From NCBI GenBank assembly GCA_973851085.1, contig OZ316776.1:124001-188000 (forward strand): a stretch of 64,000 nt of DNA. The letters are read 5' to 3'. This document shows, one piece after another, positions 11,573-26,410 of this stretch. Within the stretch, counting starts at the first letter, position 1; each line of letters begins with the position of its first letter. The stretch is from Ptychomitrium polyphyllum (Eukaryota). A program made the translations under genes and the position numbers. The notes under the pieces are model-generated. The model was not told the origin of the DNA, did not search any database, and saw only the letters and a program-made list of their open reading frames with translations.

Positions 11573-14500
11573 ATGGTCTCCTCGGCTGGCCCTGCTGCTC
11601 CTGCCCTCTCTCCTCCTGTCCCCGCTCCCGCTCCGGCTCCCTCCGCTTCGCAGCGCTCCGTTGATGTGATGGGCTTCGCCGCCACGCTGGCCCTCCAGCC
11701 TTGCCCGCTCTCACGTCCCATCCCCGGGCTCTGGGCTATGCTCACCGCCGTCTCCAGCAATGCCCGCAAACGCCACCAGGTATCACCACATGCAACCCCA
11801 ACCACCCCCCCCAGCTTCCCACTTGTTTACACACCCCTTGTCCGCTTTCCCACCCTGGGAATTCTCATGCCTCGTCCCCTTTCCGCAGGGGCTGCACATC
11901 ATGCTGCAGCATTCCGAGCATGTTTTGGGTCGCTTTGTGAGAGAGGCCAGCTGTCTGATCGATTCCCCTAATGTCAGTGCTCGACATTGCACCATTTCAA
12001 GGAGATATTTAAGCCCCAACGGGTTACTCATGCCTGTCAACCATATTCCCAATGCTGCTACCGATCGCCTGGTCGCCTGCATACGAGACTCGAGGTGCGT
12101 TACCGCTTTTTCCCCTCCTTCACTTCACTTGACGTGTTTTGCTCATGAATAATGCATTTCTTACGAATTCCTCATCAAATTGGATCTTCGGGAACATTTT
12201 GTCATATGAGCATCGTGTAATGTAAGTAACCTGATGGCTGTCATAGTTCGAATGGAACATACATCAATTTCACTAAGCTCCAGAGAAACGGCGAGGAGGT
12301 GCAGCTTCGACATGGGGATGTTGTCTCCTTGGTGGGTACGCCGGAGAATGGTGAGTGCTTCGTCGTCATGTTGATCTCTGCTAGGTCCGGGTCTCTAGCA
12401 TTCGGAGCCCATTCGTCGTGCATCATTGCGTGTGCCCAGACTATTCACCCGCATAAGCATTGGCTCGTTCAGTTGATTTCCTAATCAAAACCTTGACGTT
12501 GTTCTGCAACAGAATCCGCGTTCGCATTTTTGTATCGAGAAGTTTCTCATCACCCAACACAGGCAGCACTTGGTGAGGGATCAGAGCAGCCCAATAAGCG
12601 AAAGGATTCTCCACCTGGTAAGCAGTATTTCCTTTGTGACAAATCTCATGTCTTAATTTATTTGTGGAAAGTGTGGATTCTTTTTGCATTGTTTGTTTGC
12701 GATTGCGGTGTTGGTCTGCATAAAATGTGCAATTTAAGTTGTGACTAGAAGAGCGTTTCTTTTACCTTTTACAGTGGTAAGCAACATGTTCTTGTTTGAA
12801 CCACTTGTTTTAGTTTCTTGATGCCATGTTAATGCATATCGCAGATGATCTGGGAGACACAGTTGGCGGGGATGCAAAACGTATCAAGGGTCTTGGCAGT
12901 GGTGGTGTTTCTGGTCCCATCATGCTTAATGATGTTCGCCAATTGCAGCGTTCAAATGAAGTGCGCTCCATACTCATTGTAGCATAGCTACTAGACCTTC
13001 TCTTTTGTACCTCCAACCACTGTAGTGGTTCTGGTCTTCATAGTGCGTACACAAGTTCAAGAATGGGATGTGATTTTGCAATTGGTCTATTGTGCTCTAT
13101 GTATGGAAAAAGAATATCATTTTGCATAAATTATCATAAGGAATACTTAATTATATGAAGGGTGCTGTTCGGGGTTGGGGTGGCAGGAACTAAGGGTCCT
13201 GGTAGAGACGCACATGTTGGAAATTGAGAAGATGCGTTCTGAGTATCGCAATGCTGAGGCTCGCCATGCTTCTGTTAGTACCTACCTCGTGTTTGTGATT
13301 ATGGAAACTCACTTTTGAAAGTATATTTCAATTTTATGACAGGAAGTGTTACTATGTGTATTGTTTTACATTGTTCCTAACGTTCGGAAAGATTCGTGAT
13401 GCGTTTTCAGAATGTCTCTCAGAAGTTATTTATCCGCTCTGACGTGGTTGCTGGGGAGTTTTGTTCAGTAATATTGTTTTGTCGTTTATATTTATTTTTG
13501 TTTATTATTATTGAGTAATGTCAGGAATTAAAAGATGTACGAGCAGCATTGGCAGAGAAGTTCAGTGCACAACAAGAGGAGTTGAAACTATCTCTTGCTT
13601 CGAAAGAACTGGATCTGGAAGCAAGTGCAGCATTACGTTTGCAACAAGAGAGCAGTATTGAGCTTCTTCAACAACGACTTTCTTCTGAATCGAAATCTCG
13701 TGTTGATGCAGAAGAGGTCATTGATGGGTATTGACCTATACCTGCTTTGCTAGATGTAGTCATCTTTGTGTAGTAATTTTACAATCTCGACATTACTTCA
13801 AGTTCGGTTTTGTTGCTGTTTTGTTTGTGTTGCATAGAATTTTTGTACACACTAGTAATACATGTATTTTGTATTTTTTAAATCTTTTTTATGGTTAATG
13901 TCACTATTGTGATCCATGAGTTGCCAGTTTGAAATCGAGAGTTGAAGAGCTTGACAAGTTTCTAGAAGAAGAACGCTTAAAGTTAAGCAAGGAAAGGGTA
14001 GAGGCGGAAGCTAGTCTGAGGGCGGCCATGGACCGGATTCGTACAGAAGCAACAGAGAATCTGAAGCGCTACGAGGAAGCAGCTGTTCGTCATCAAGAAC
14101 AGCAGAATGATATTATACTGGCACTTCAGGTACCATTATTTATTAACCTTCTAGCACGCTTTTCTGGTAATCTAATTCGTCACCATTTTCACGGTTGAGA
14201 GTGATCGTCATGTCATTCATAGGGATCGTCTTAAGATGTGTGAACTTGATGGCTTCTTGGGGGTCTCTTCTATGCAATGATGCCTGATTTTACTGGGGAT
14301 GATGACTTTCGTGTCATTCAGACGACAAAGACATTCATTTTGCTATTTTCTCACATTATGTGAGTTAAAATTGTGTAGGAAGGGGAAAAAGAGTATCGTG
14401 CAGCTGCTGAGATTTCACGGAAGAAGCTGGTACGCTACTTTAGGGTGTTCACAGGTTTTTGTAGGTGGAGTGATGTCTCTTTTACGCTCTTGCTGTAGTA

Positions 14501-17500
14501 AACAAGTGAAGAGTTTTTAAATTTCATGTAATCATTCCTTCTTCCATAAAATTTCTACTAGAGTTTATGCTACTGGTGCGATTTGCTGTTCCAAGTGAAG
14601 TTACGTCTATTCTGAGTGCTCAAAAAGATTCTTTTTCCGTAGACAAACATCATCTATTTCTCTACGGCTTTTTCTACGTCTCTATTGGGCATGTTCAATT
14701 TAATGAGGGTATAATATTCCTCTAAAAAATTATATTTATGTAGAAGTACTTTTCTAAGCTGTCAGGAGATTAATATTTTCGTGTCATTACTCCATCTTGC
14801 TTCCAGGATTCAGAAAGGGCAGCTGTTGTTGCTGCAGAAGAGAGAGCTCGTCGTTTGGAAGCCCAATTTCAGGAGGAGAAAGTTCTGAGTTTATCAGCAC
14901 ATAATGTAACGTTATATGTGAATTTTCATTCTCAGCTGGGAGATCTACTTGACTCTTATTTATTGTCTTAACACCTTAACGGTATACCTACTGTAGTTAT
15001 GAGGCTTTTATAGCTCTTGAATTCTTATGGTCTATTTATTCTATGCCTCAGAGAGCAGATGATTTTGAAGCCAAACTTCGGCAGACCTGCATAGAGTTGG
15101 AAGATGAGAAGGTTTGTTGTTTTACTGGTACTTTGTGTATAGACGTTGAAAGCATAACTCTGACCTCTTATTTTAAGCATGACCACGACATAAATTTGAA
15201 TTTATGTCTCCACTTCTGAAGCATGGTCATGGTCTCGTTATGTTGTTTAACTCTTTAGAGCCTTTTAGTTCTAGAGATTATTGATGTTGTATGTTTCGTT
15301 TGAGTACTACCTTGTGCTTTATTATTTAGCATTTAATTAGTTCAAATGTGTTGAGGTGTCCAACAGAAAACAAGGGAGGGCGCTGAAAGAAGGATAGTGA
15401 TGTTGGAAGTAGAGAAGGAAGCAGCATCGAGAGATCTTAAGATAGAAAAGCAACGTTTGGAAGGTGCACGAGAACGCATTGTGCTTCGGTATGTGCCAAT
15501 CGTAATTTTCCCTCGAGGGTTTTTCTTATGTGTTCATTAGCATTTTATTTTTCATCTTTAGAAGAGTTTCAGCGATGAACTCCTGATTGTTTTTATCTAT
15601 AATTTTAGATGTTGCACAAATCTTGAAAGCGGGCAGCAAGGTACGTTTTGGGTTTCTAAGATGCAGTTTTGTTTATCTAGCAGAGAAACTCAACTTCGGG
15701 CGTTTCATTCAACCGCCGCAGAAATAGCTGCACTGCAGCAGAGGCAGCAGGACCAGCTATCGATGATGATTCGAACGCTTGAAGATGGTGACAGTGATAA
15801 TGATCACGACATTACTAATGTGCGCAGTACTAGTCTGTCCACTAAAGCAAACCTACATCTCCTACATTACTCTGAGCATCAAGATAGCAAACGAATCCAG
15901 AAAATAAGAGAGACATCTCAAAGTACGTCTGAAAGTCGACTCATGCAAGTTGATACGGGTGGAAGCATGGGAACCAAGCGCATTATGGTTCAGGATGATG
16001 AAAAGAGCAAAGGGACCGCAATTGATGATGACACAGAGGGAGATACACAACAAGATGATTGTTCAAATGCGTCCCACTCTGCTACACGCTCCTCGGAAGT
16101 CAATATCCCTCCCACACAAATTGTTACTCAAACGGGTTCTTGCGGTGGTCTTAAGATTAGAGGTATTCCTGCCTCGACATATGGGCAGGCTGGGTGTATT
16201 GAGCACGTGCATGGGAAAGCAGAATTTTTGCAATTTACAAATTGTGACATCGGAGGCACACAACTAGAAAATGGAGAGGTTGGGTTTACGCAGATTGCAA
16301 TTGTTGATACAGGCTGTATGCAATTAAATCACGAAGCTAACTTGAAAGGTGCGTGAAGGTGTCTAATTAAATGCAGTTTAAGCGTTTTTTGTGAAGCACT
16401 TATTATGCACGTAACTGTTATTCTGTCATCGCCTTTATTCTGCATGAGATAAATTTGCGCATCTTTTATTAGGTTCAGTGTAGTCTTTGCTTGTCCTCGC
16501 TAAGTTTGGTCTCGCACCTCACAGCTGATAACTACCCTGAGTGCATAATCGTATCGGTAGTTTGAATGGTGCGTCTCTGATTGTCAGGTGCCTCTTTGCG
16601 AGCTAGGTGCCAAGTGTTAAGTGCTAATGAGGGCCGTAGCACTGGTCTGAATGGAATTCCAACAGTTCATAGAGACGAACCAATGGAAGAAACTGCATAT
16701 CCAGACGATATGGGAGTACACACTGGCAACTTGCTTGATAATACTCGGCATTGGAATGAAGGTGCGAATGGTGAGGCTTTTTCTCACTCGAGACCAACGT
16801 TGCGCATGGTTTTGACTTCTGAGTCCTTGTATCTATCCCTGACATCTGTACCATAAGCCTAGCAAAAAATTTGTTCTCGTGAATTTGGGTCTGGTTGGAT
16901 TTGTGTACCACTTTGTATCTTAGTACTACTTGTGGGGGCTTCAGATTTTCGTGATTTAATTTTTTTGGAGTGGTGTTGTTATGTTAACAGAAGATCGAGG
17001 GATTTCTCTTGGTGCATTACGTGCTGAGGCAACTTTTAGGGAGAGCATGCCAGACAACAGGATGTATCGTAGAGAGTCACTGTGTACGGCAGATCTACTT
17101 GCTTCAGAGGTTGCGGGCAGCTGGGCAATTGCCACACCGGCCGCAGCTGATGGAGAAAATGATTCTTCCAGTGCCGAACGCTATTATGGAAAGGAAGAGA
17201 ACCGAAGGACTAGTGATGATGGAGCAGAATACGCAGCTAGTCAAGTTGCCACCAATAATCTGGCAGGAGAAAGACATCCCGAGGGAAATGCAGCATGCAA
17301 TGAAGGGAAAATCCCTAATGACGTGGATGTAAACGTTGATGTAGATATTGATATGAGTCAGACAACACCAAAACACAACTTACTTACTGTTGAGCCCCAG
17401 AGAACACAAGAGCAAGGGGCTGTTAATGGAATGCTGAACATTGCGGCTCTAGGTTTTGGAAACTTCCATGAGCAGGGAAGACATGTTGTGGGTGGTAGTG

Positions 17501-17613
17501 ATGATTCCAGCGACACTTCAAGTACAGAGGATGGCAGCAGAGAAGATGGGGAGATAGGAGCATCAGAGCTGAGGGACTCGGAGCCAGTTTCCCCTCTAAT
17601 GTATGCCCAGTAG
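11573..17613 (+). CDS. FHA (forkhead-associated) domain / coiled-coil protein, SMAD/FHA family, 15 exons
   Basis: Exons joined in frame at GT-AG sites: 11573-11779, 11889-12094, 12247-12350, 12513-12617, 12845-12960, 13187-13273, 13525-13727, 13928-14129, 14379-14429, 14807-14905, 15052-15111, 15367-15488, 15684-16348, 16588-16770, 16991-17613. FHA motifs LGR, SARHC, DSSSNGTYIN, LRHGDVV; family motifs WAMLTAVSSNARKR, RETQLRAFHST, TADLLASEVAGSWA. Start could be 11549; exon 14 acceptor less certain. Confidence 0.88.
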
Positions 17614-20180
17614 GAGAACTTAAACAGAACGTTAGTGAATGTTTAGGTTTTAATTAGAGTAGGTGTATGCAAATCCGTGATGATCAAGTGTTTCTTAAAA
17701 GTTTGATCACATGTACAGGTTTTCTTGGCTTTTCTAGGGTGACGATGCTAGTGCGTGCATTGCAAGCGAGTCCCGCGTGATGACCCGTTCGTTCAGTTGA
17801 GTTCCTTGAAATGATATCCAATTTACGTGTCCAGTTCATTGCGGTGAAGAACGACGAAACTTTACTACTGTAAGAGCATGGGTGTCGTGCATTGAATTTT
17901 ACCAAGGAATGATTTTTCTCTGGCTTGTGCTCAAATATAATCAAGAATATGTTACGCAAGGTCCTTTACAATTGGCCTACTGTTGATTTTCGGCAGATTG
18001 GTCTACTGTGAGATGCTTGATCTTGGGAACACATGAACCTTGGAGTTCTGCAGGGAAGGTCGTTGCACCGTGTAAGTTGAGTTGGTGTCTCTTTCCCCAG
18101 AGCCGGTTAATTCAAGCCCTACATGTCAGTATTTAAATTTATTAATTGTTTTAAACAAGTGAAGGATGAATGTTTGAGAGAATTTTGCCGAGAGAGCATA
18201 TTGAATGCAACTTTGTTCCACCTAGTCCATCAAATGATATCATTGATTATTAATTATTAATTATAATTGAAGTTGATGTTGTCATGCACTAATTCAGTAG
18301 ATGCATATCACACTCTTCATGTATATTATATTGCATGGTTTGTGGTTTGAAGTTGGTTGATGAGGAGCCAAAGATACCATATAATAGTGAGTGACTTACC
18401 TCAATGTTCGTACACACTAGTTTGTAACTAGATGTCCATTCATCCATTGTGTCATGTGTTTCGAGACCTTTGGTATATATATTGATGCTTCAAATACCAA
18501 TTGTCATAATTTTCCATGGTCATAGGCGCCCTAAACCCTAAACCTTAAAGAAAATCCTGAGAATGAAATATGATTTTAAATTTTAATTATAGATTCTTAA
18601 TTCGGATATTTCATCTCCTTTTGATACGTATCATTATTTTAAGCTCATGAGCCATCGTTTATTGCTCATTGGGACAATCATTGCTCACTGTTTATTCACA
18701 CAGTTGTGTTGTTGCTAAGTGTGTGCTCTCACCTGCCTGTTTGCTACTCAATGTTTCGCCATTCTCGTTCATCTACATCTATAAATAACATTTGGATTTA
18801 TTGTACGTTCATTCCTACACTGTTCCACGTCTTTGTATGTTTGTCATTGTACGTTCGCAGTTTTGCACTTCACGAGAGTACTCCAGCATTCTAGGCATTT
18901 GCACCAATGTTGACATCTTACGAACAGACAGACAGTAGGCTCATCAAAAACTTTTGAGCTGAAACATGTTGTGCAAGGGTGAGGGCCAGACACCGAATGG
19001 ACAACAAATTAGTTGTGAGAGATGAGGTCCTAATCCGACCTCGACCTCGACCTCATGCATGAAGGGTAATAGTAACGTCCCCATAGAATCTTTAGGGGGA
19101 GTTTCTCTACATCAGGTACTTCTTTGTAACGAATTTGGTCCTAATATCACCTGAATTCACAAGTAATCCATCGTGCAAAAAACATTCCATAGGTGAGCTG
19201 AATCTCTCTAGCCCCACACACCACATAGGCTCAGCTTGAACATTACCAAACCCAAATTTAAACAGTTCAAGTGTTCGATGAAGGTGAAGCTATTTTCGAG
19301 GTTTAAATTGTTTGTTTCATATACAATGAGCGTGGGGTCCATTTAAGGCGTTGAGTTTATGCTGCATTACTGTATGAGAAACTTGGTTTTTTAGTGTCAT
19401 TAAATTCCACACTGATGTAATACTTTCTTGATTGCAAAGAAGCAATGATGCAGCTTCTAGGATGAAATGATTAATCTTTGAACTTTACACCCGGGCTTGG
19501 TCTTGTTCTGGGAGTCGAGGAAGCAAACCTAGTTGTGCATAATCTGCTTCAGTTTATTACGTTTGACATGCCAATTTGCACTATGGTGTCTGATGTCTCT
19601 TTGTCTGGTTTTCAAGCTCCAAGGCTTGGTAGCATATCTATTTGTTTTCATGCAAAGTACAGGCGTTAAACTGTGTTTTGGCCCACTTTGAGCAAGCAAG
19701 ACTGTAGGTTTTTGAGTTGTTTTGGTTGATGCTTAGATTCTTGTGTTTCATTCTCCGTTTTCCAGACTGGGGACGTTGCAAAGGGGGCGGGGACGATGGT
19801 TGCCCCGGCCACTCCATCTGACCGACATATGCCTTGTCTTCCACTTCGTGTAACTTATGTGGGGGTTTGGTCCTGTTCACACTTATAAGTGGAAGTCTTC
19901 GGATGTGGCAGAAACGCGAAAAAGGCAAAAGCGAGGGATAAAAAAGGAAGACGAGACAGAGGAGGCAAAGAATGGGCAGTCACCCCTGGTTCGCACTTGC
20001 TCTTCCGCGTGCACTGCCCCTCTTTTGCCCCCCCGCACCCCCACTAACACTCGTCCATTCGCAGGATGAGTGCCCGATCGCCCCTCTCTTGCGTCGCATA
20101 GTTGAGGTGCTCCCCCCTTGTGTGGAGTTTGCGTGAGGGCTGGAGCGGCAGCGATTACCGCGTTGATGCCCCCGCTAGCC

Positions 20181-23100
20181 ATGGTACAGGACATGGAGGA
20201 GCTGCGCACACCGCCCGTGCCTCTGGTGGCGCTGGTTGGCTGCTCGGAGTACCACGGCGCCATCTCGCTGTACCTGCACCGCGAGCAGCCCCCGCTCAAC
20301 ACTCTGGCGCTGCCGGACTTCGCCAAGCTCCCTATCCTGGGCGGCAAGGACAAGAAGCCTGTGGACGCGCGCATGCCTCCTCCGCTGGGCATCCTCAAGG
20401 CCGACTGGCTGACCAAGCATCGCACTCGCATGCCCGCCGTGCTTGCCGTACTGCTTGATCGCGACCACGTTTACGGCAACCCTACCCAGTGGCTCCAAGT
20501 GTGCACCCACCTCGACAATGTCAAGTATTGCACTTCTTTTCTTGATCAAATTCCCCGCCTTTTCTTCCCTTCCCGTTTCATTCCCAAGTTCATCGGGATT
20601 CATTTTTAAGTATGTGCCCATGCTGATCGTCAAAGAATCGGTTTCCTGCTTTCTCTGGCTCGATGTCGTCAGAAATTTAGGTTTTCAAATGCAAACGTGG
20701 TACTGTGGTTGGGGATGCTCAGGGAGGTGATTCGAGGAAGGAACGTGAAGCTGGTGGTAGCAATTGTGCAGCCTACTAGTCAAGGTTCGGATATTCTTAT
20801 GGCATTTTCTTCTCTACGGTATTATGCACGCCCATACACAGAAAAATTGGTGAATGAACGGAAAACGTCGTTAAACATGTCGTCGGAGAGTGGGCGTCAA
20901 ACGCCACCTCGTCACATTGCAAAGAATCACATTCAATGCTTACAGAAACAAGTCACCAATTAACACGCTGTTTTATTTGGAATCAAACTTGTTGCAGAGC
21001 TTTGCAACTGACGTTGAATACTCTCTGGAGGCGTCTGTCTTCTAACATTGCTGGCGCTGCAGGGGAAGTCAATGAGGAACGCTTATCAGCCCTCCGAAAA
21101 CGTGCCGAGGTGGAAGCGAAGTGCTGTATCGTGTTCATCACGCATGAGCCTAGTGAGCTCCGACGTTCATTAGCAAGGTAGCTATTTCCAGTTGTCCAGC
21201 TGGTTTCTTATGGCCTGTTTTCAAGGCTTAAATTCTTCATTATTCTCTGTTGTAAGAGGACTAGAAAGCAGGAGTAATCTGTGTGGGTGTGCAGGCTTGG
21301 AAGCATTATGGGGGAGCTTGCTACCACATTCTACAGAGAAGAAGGTCGGAGAGTGAAACTTCGAGTCGAGAAAAGATCATACAGCTCTTTAGAGCTTAGT
21401 GTGCGATATAACTTCAAGGCATGTTTCCTTTAATGAACCTCACTTCTTTGCACATTACGAGCAGCAGCTGCTTCCTTCTTTACACGCACTTCACAAGTGC
21501 GTAGAATGGAAAGGAAATTATTTTTCGTTTATCATTTCAAGTTATCTGACGTGCATCTTCTCTCTTGAGCGGTGTACAGATTGCAGTTTATGCGGAATTT
21601 CGAAGGGACTGGGTTGCGGCTCTTAAGTTCTACGAAACAGCGTACTCACTGCTTCAGGAGGTTCTTGGCCTCACTTATTTTTTTTGTACTCATTCAGCTT
21701 GCGCGATCTGTCTCTGCACTTAATTTAACGAATTTTCACGTCGAGTCTTAGTACTCAGAAGTTTCACTTTTTTTGAAACTTGCTGTTACATTTGGTATTT
21801 TTCTAGTGTTTCGGGTAGATTTAACATGTTAGAAGCGAAATATGATTTTAGCACTGAAGTCTGATTTGCAGTTTTTGACTGCTGGGACTATAGCTCTTTA
21901 TCTATTTTAGTTTCAAGATTTGGGGTTGGTTTTCCAGGTTATAACCAGTACATCTATGGAGCTGCAACCTGTACAGCGGGTTGTTGAGATGAAAGCGGTC
22001 GCTGAACAGCTGCATTTCAAGATCTCAAATTTACTTCTCCATGGCGGAAAAGAGACTGAGGCAGTTCGGTGGTTTCGAGAGCATGCATCATGGTATAAGC
22101 AAATGATGGGACCTTTTGAGGGAGCCTTTCTGCACTGGGCTTGGGTTAGCAACCAGTTTCAGGTCTTTGGTGAGTTGCTTCAAAATAGGCTGGCAACAGC
22201 GTCTCAAACACCCTCGCCAAACACTGCTATGCGAGGTCCACCTACTATTTCTGAGCGCGAGTTACAACCGGCTTACTACTACCATGTGCGTTTTGTCTGG
22301 TCGTCGGAACCTGTGCAGCTTTATTTGTTTTTAGTAGAAAGAAGAACGATTGGTGGTGAATTCACAGCGACATAGCAGAAGTGGAGACTACGATTTTCAT
22401 GCTTCAAACTTCGTTTTGTTTAATGAATGATGCTCAGAAGCACCTACCGCATTAGTTTTGCAGGTTTCAGCTGTTTACATGATCAAGAGGAGACTGGCAT
22501 TTCAAGCATCCTTGGTGGCTTTTGAAACATTTGAGGAAAGCAATGCAGTTGACGTTCTGGCGGGACCTCCCGAAGAAGTTGGTCCTCCTGTTTATGTCGG
22601 ACAGGCTCCACGGTTGTTAAAGCGAGGCAATGACAATCATTCTCAGAGGTAGAAGATTATCTCTATCTAAAGATAGCCAAGGGCATTTCTCTGCACTCTT
22701 TGTAAATTGTGTGTATGTACAACGCATGTGACATATCTTGGATATGGTTACAGTAGTGATCTTATCTTCTGTTATTTTGTTCTTGAGCTATTCTGATTTT
22801 GTTATGGAACTGTTACATAATCGATGCTCACCAATCTTGACGTGGAGTGCGTTGTAGTCCAACAGAGACAGAGTACATGCGGCACTTCATTCTGCTAGAG
22901 AAAAACTTCAAGCATTCAGTGATTGCTATAGCCCTTTTAAAAAAAGCTCATGAGCTTTATCAGTTGATGGAGGCAGGACGAACAGCCTACCTTTTGTTGA
23001 GTGACATGGGTCGAGAATATTTTGCTGCAAAGGATTATGTTACTGCGATGCGCATTCTTAACTCCGTTCTTGGAATGTACCGTCAGGAGGGGTGGGTAGC

Positions 23101-25505
23101 CTTATTAGGTTCTGCACTCACGTATTTACGAGAGTGTGCCCGCCGCTTGGGACTTGCAAAAGAGTTCGCTCAGTATAGCTTTGAGCTTCTTGCGTTGCCT
23201 CTTTCGGTCCCAATATCGCATGGCTATGTTTCCGGTTCCGAAGTTGGTCCTTTTGGGCAGCTAGAAAGAACGCTGCTTCACCAGGAACTTGTTGAGTTTT
23301 TGCATGGAACTCGTGATATCCCATCTCAGGAAGGTGAATCTGGCATATCACTGTCGTCTACTTTGCCAGTATACCTTGAGATTAACTTTCTAAGTCCTTT
23401 GCGTACGGTTTTATCAGTTTGTGTTGCGTTCCATAATCAATCGGTCAGATTAGGGAAAGTAACGAGGCTCACTCTTGCGATCCTCACACACCTTCCATTG
23501 CCTGTAATCTTCGACGAGGTTGAGGTTCTGTTCAACCAAACATCTTGCAAATTTTCAACCCTAAAGAGTAACGTTGTTGAAGATTATCAAGCGGGCGTAG
23601 GGTCAGATTCAAGGTCAGGCTTAGAGCTTCAGCCAAGGAGATGGAAGAGGATCTCCATTGATGTTATTGCAGGTATTTTCCATCTATTATTACCTTTTTG
23701 GACACATACAAATTGCTGTTATTTTGATCTGTATTACTTTGTGTTTTTTGTTTATGGAATCTCAAAGGGAGCTCTTTGTAATTGATGCTCATTCATTGGT
23801 TTTGGGTGTGCTCCAGAGGAAAGTGGAAATTTAGAATGCTTGGCGGTTGTGGCTCATTTGGGCCCACATGCAACAATTCGCTGTCAAGTGGAAAGTGTGT
23901 GTACACGGGAGGAGATTCCTTTTTGGAAGTCTGAGCCTGGAATTGACGCCCCACCATTAGCGGATCTCACGTTGGCAAGTTCAGGACAGAATGTCATTCA
24001 AGTGAGCTCTAAAGCTGCAACGCTTGTTCAATTTGTAGCATTGAGTGAAGATTTGATCTAATTATGCAACTCTCTTTCTTTTGATCTAATTTTTTTTTCC
24101 CTTTTGATTTCAGTACCGTTTTGAAGGATGACATTCTTTTGATCTTGAAATGACAACTGTGATGTAGGTCGAGGAGCCTGAGGCTCTTGTAGACATTGCT
24201 CTGGGGGCTCTGAGTCCTGGACTTGTTGGGGAAGCTTTTCCGGTGTGCATTACTATTTCTTCATCAGGGCATTCTATTCAAGCTGGAGATTTAGAAGTCT
24301 ATTTTGCACCGGCCGGAAAGTCAGAAGCCGGTATATTCTCAACATCTCCTACGACGGAATCAGAGGTCACTCCTGCAGAGCTTTTGGTCAGAAACTCTTG
24401 GGACAATACACGAAGTAAGGATAACTTGGAAATGTTCGCTGGCTTACTGGAGGTCCCTGAAATAAGTACCGGTGGCAGCTGGTCCACGGTGATATATGTA
24501 CGCTGGTTAGAGCCAAAGGCAATTACCTTGATGGCTACATTTGTTTACCATGCATCAGAAGAAGGGGGCTCCAAATATCAGTACCGCCTACACAAGAGCA
24601 AAGAGTTTGATTGCGTGGAGGCCTTGGTTATTGAGCATCACTATGTGGCCCCCTTCAGGAGAGATGCACTCTTGCTAGGGAACTTGGATGCTGATACTGC
24701 AGGAGGTCAGGTACCGGCTGCTTTGAACGAGTCTAGCATCTTGGTTGTTACACTGAAGAATAAATCTTCACTTCCAGTCCGCCTGTTAGAAGTAGGAGTT
24801 ACAGAGGAAGACAAAAGCAGGTGTGTTGTACAAAAGTCTGGCGCAGTTAATGAGAAAAGCACCTTATGTTCAAACGATTTCACTGAAGGTGAAGCAGGGG
24901 CTATTCTAGTGGCACCGCAGGAGATATTTACTCAACTTTTTTGGGTTCACCCATTAGTATCGTCTAAAGCTTTGTTTGTGGGCACAATTTTGGTTCTCTG
25001 GCGAAGGGCTCTTTCCAGTGATTTAACCGCAAACGCCTCTGAAGTGACAATTCAGGATCACAAGGATGTTGATTCCGTGAACAACCAAGTGCCACTTGCG
25101 AAGATAATGGTCGAGTCCCCACCTCTCGTCGTCACTTTGGACTGCCCACCTCATGCTGTGCTTGGTAAACCTTTTACAATGACAACAAAGGTGCAGAATA
25201 TGACCAACACACTTCAGGAGGTTGCCTTTTCCGTGGTCGACGCACCAAGCTTCATTTTCTCAGGTGCGCACAGCGATACAGTGTCCATACTTCCAAGAGG
25301 AACTCACTTTCTCTCGTACAAGCTTGTGCCCATAGCTTCAGGTATTCAACTGTTACCTCGAGTGAAGATAAATTCGGCGTGGTATTCTGCTACTTTCCAG
25401 CCCTCACCTCTCAGTACCCAGGTCTTTGTCTTCCCATCCACTAGATTTGATCCGGGGAGGCACTCTTCAATTGATGAGGCTTTTAATCCTTTAGTGATCA
25501 GCTAG
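20181..25505 (+). CDS. TRAPPC11: Trafficking protein particle complex subunit 11 (TRAPPIII; foie gras/Gryzun domains), 10 exons
   Basis: Exons 20181-20524, 20723-20784, 21063-21177, 21295-21418, 21580-21660, 21938-22285, 22464-22648, 22858-23672, 23817-24001, 24168-25505. Motifs EELRTPPV, GILKADWLTKHR, YNFK|IAVYAEFRRDW, HWAWVSNQFQVFGELL, YRQEGW. Alternative start at 20166. Confidence 0.93.
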
Positions 25506-26332
25506 ACAAGCAATTAGGTCCTTATGTCTATGTTAGGTTACTCCAGGACAACGTAGGCTTTCATACCTGACAATACGTTCAGTGCTGTTTCACATTATCA
25601 TGGAGAATACCAGCCTGTTACGTTGTGTAAAATTTTGACTCCAACAAGGTCGTCGGATCAGTAAACTGCCAGGGCTGCTTTTCTTCATCACAAACTTCAA
25701 GTTTCAAATTAGGCCTGCATTTCTGGTCGAGGGTTTGGTCTGTAGGTAGGATTTTACCGGTAGTTTGGCCATACTGTTGCTGTTGTACCATTGAAACACT
25801 GGATGTTACGTTTCTACTCACGATGTATTGATGACGTTTTCAGTTTAAATTACTTCCTCTGCCTGCGATGGATAGAGCTCTAGTTAATAATATGGTGCAC
25901 AGCACAGGAAATTATTCAAGCGTTGTAGGTAGTAAACGATGTGAGAAACCATTTAGGAGGGTTGGGGATACTAAGCGCAAGGGGTCCATGTGAAGTAATT
26001 TTGGGCCTTAGGTCAAATAAGCGCTAAGCATCGTACAATCCCGAGACTGACGCTTACATCTGTAGTGGAAATTGGTCCGTTTCTTTCGATCAGGTAGGAC
26101 AACCTGTCTGCCTGTTGGATGTACTTGTAAACTGGGGAACTTAAACCTTGCAAAAGCTGTGTCACGAGCTTACTGACCTAATCTAGAATGCTCATCTTGT
26201 GACCACTCCGCACTCATGGTAATTTTACTCTTGTTAGGTTGGAAGATAGCGTTTGTGTACCTAATTCAACGATATGCGATTGGCATTTTCTGCCCCTGCA
26301 CGGAGGATTCTGATTTGACTACTGCAGAGTGT

Positions 26333-26410
26333 CAGAGAGAGAGAGAGAGAGAGAGTGTCAGAGAGAGAGAGAGAGAGAGAGCGGGGCGGGGGGGGGGGGG
26401 GGGGGGGTGT
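26333..26410. repeat. Compound (GA)n microsatellite followed by a poly-G run, upstream of the ATPase gene
   Basis: Two (GA) tracts separated by gtgtca, then about 20 G. Confidence 0.95.

Noticed and set aside
18529..18549. Telomere-like repeat (CCCTAAA x2 plus one variant)
   Set aside because: Too short to indicate a healed or fused chromosome end; common telo-box-like motif.
19883..20633. Antisense ORFs of 152-182 aa over TRAPPC11 exon 1
   Set aside because: Shadow frames of a GC-rich coding exon.
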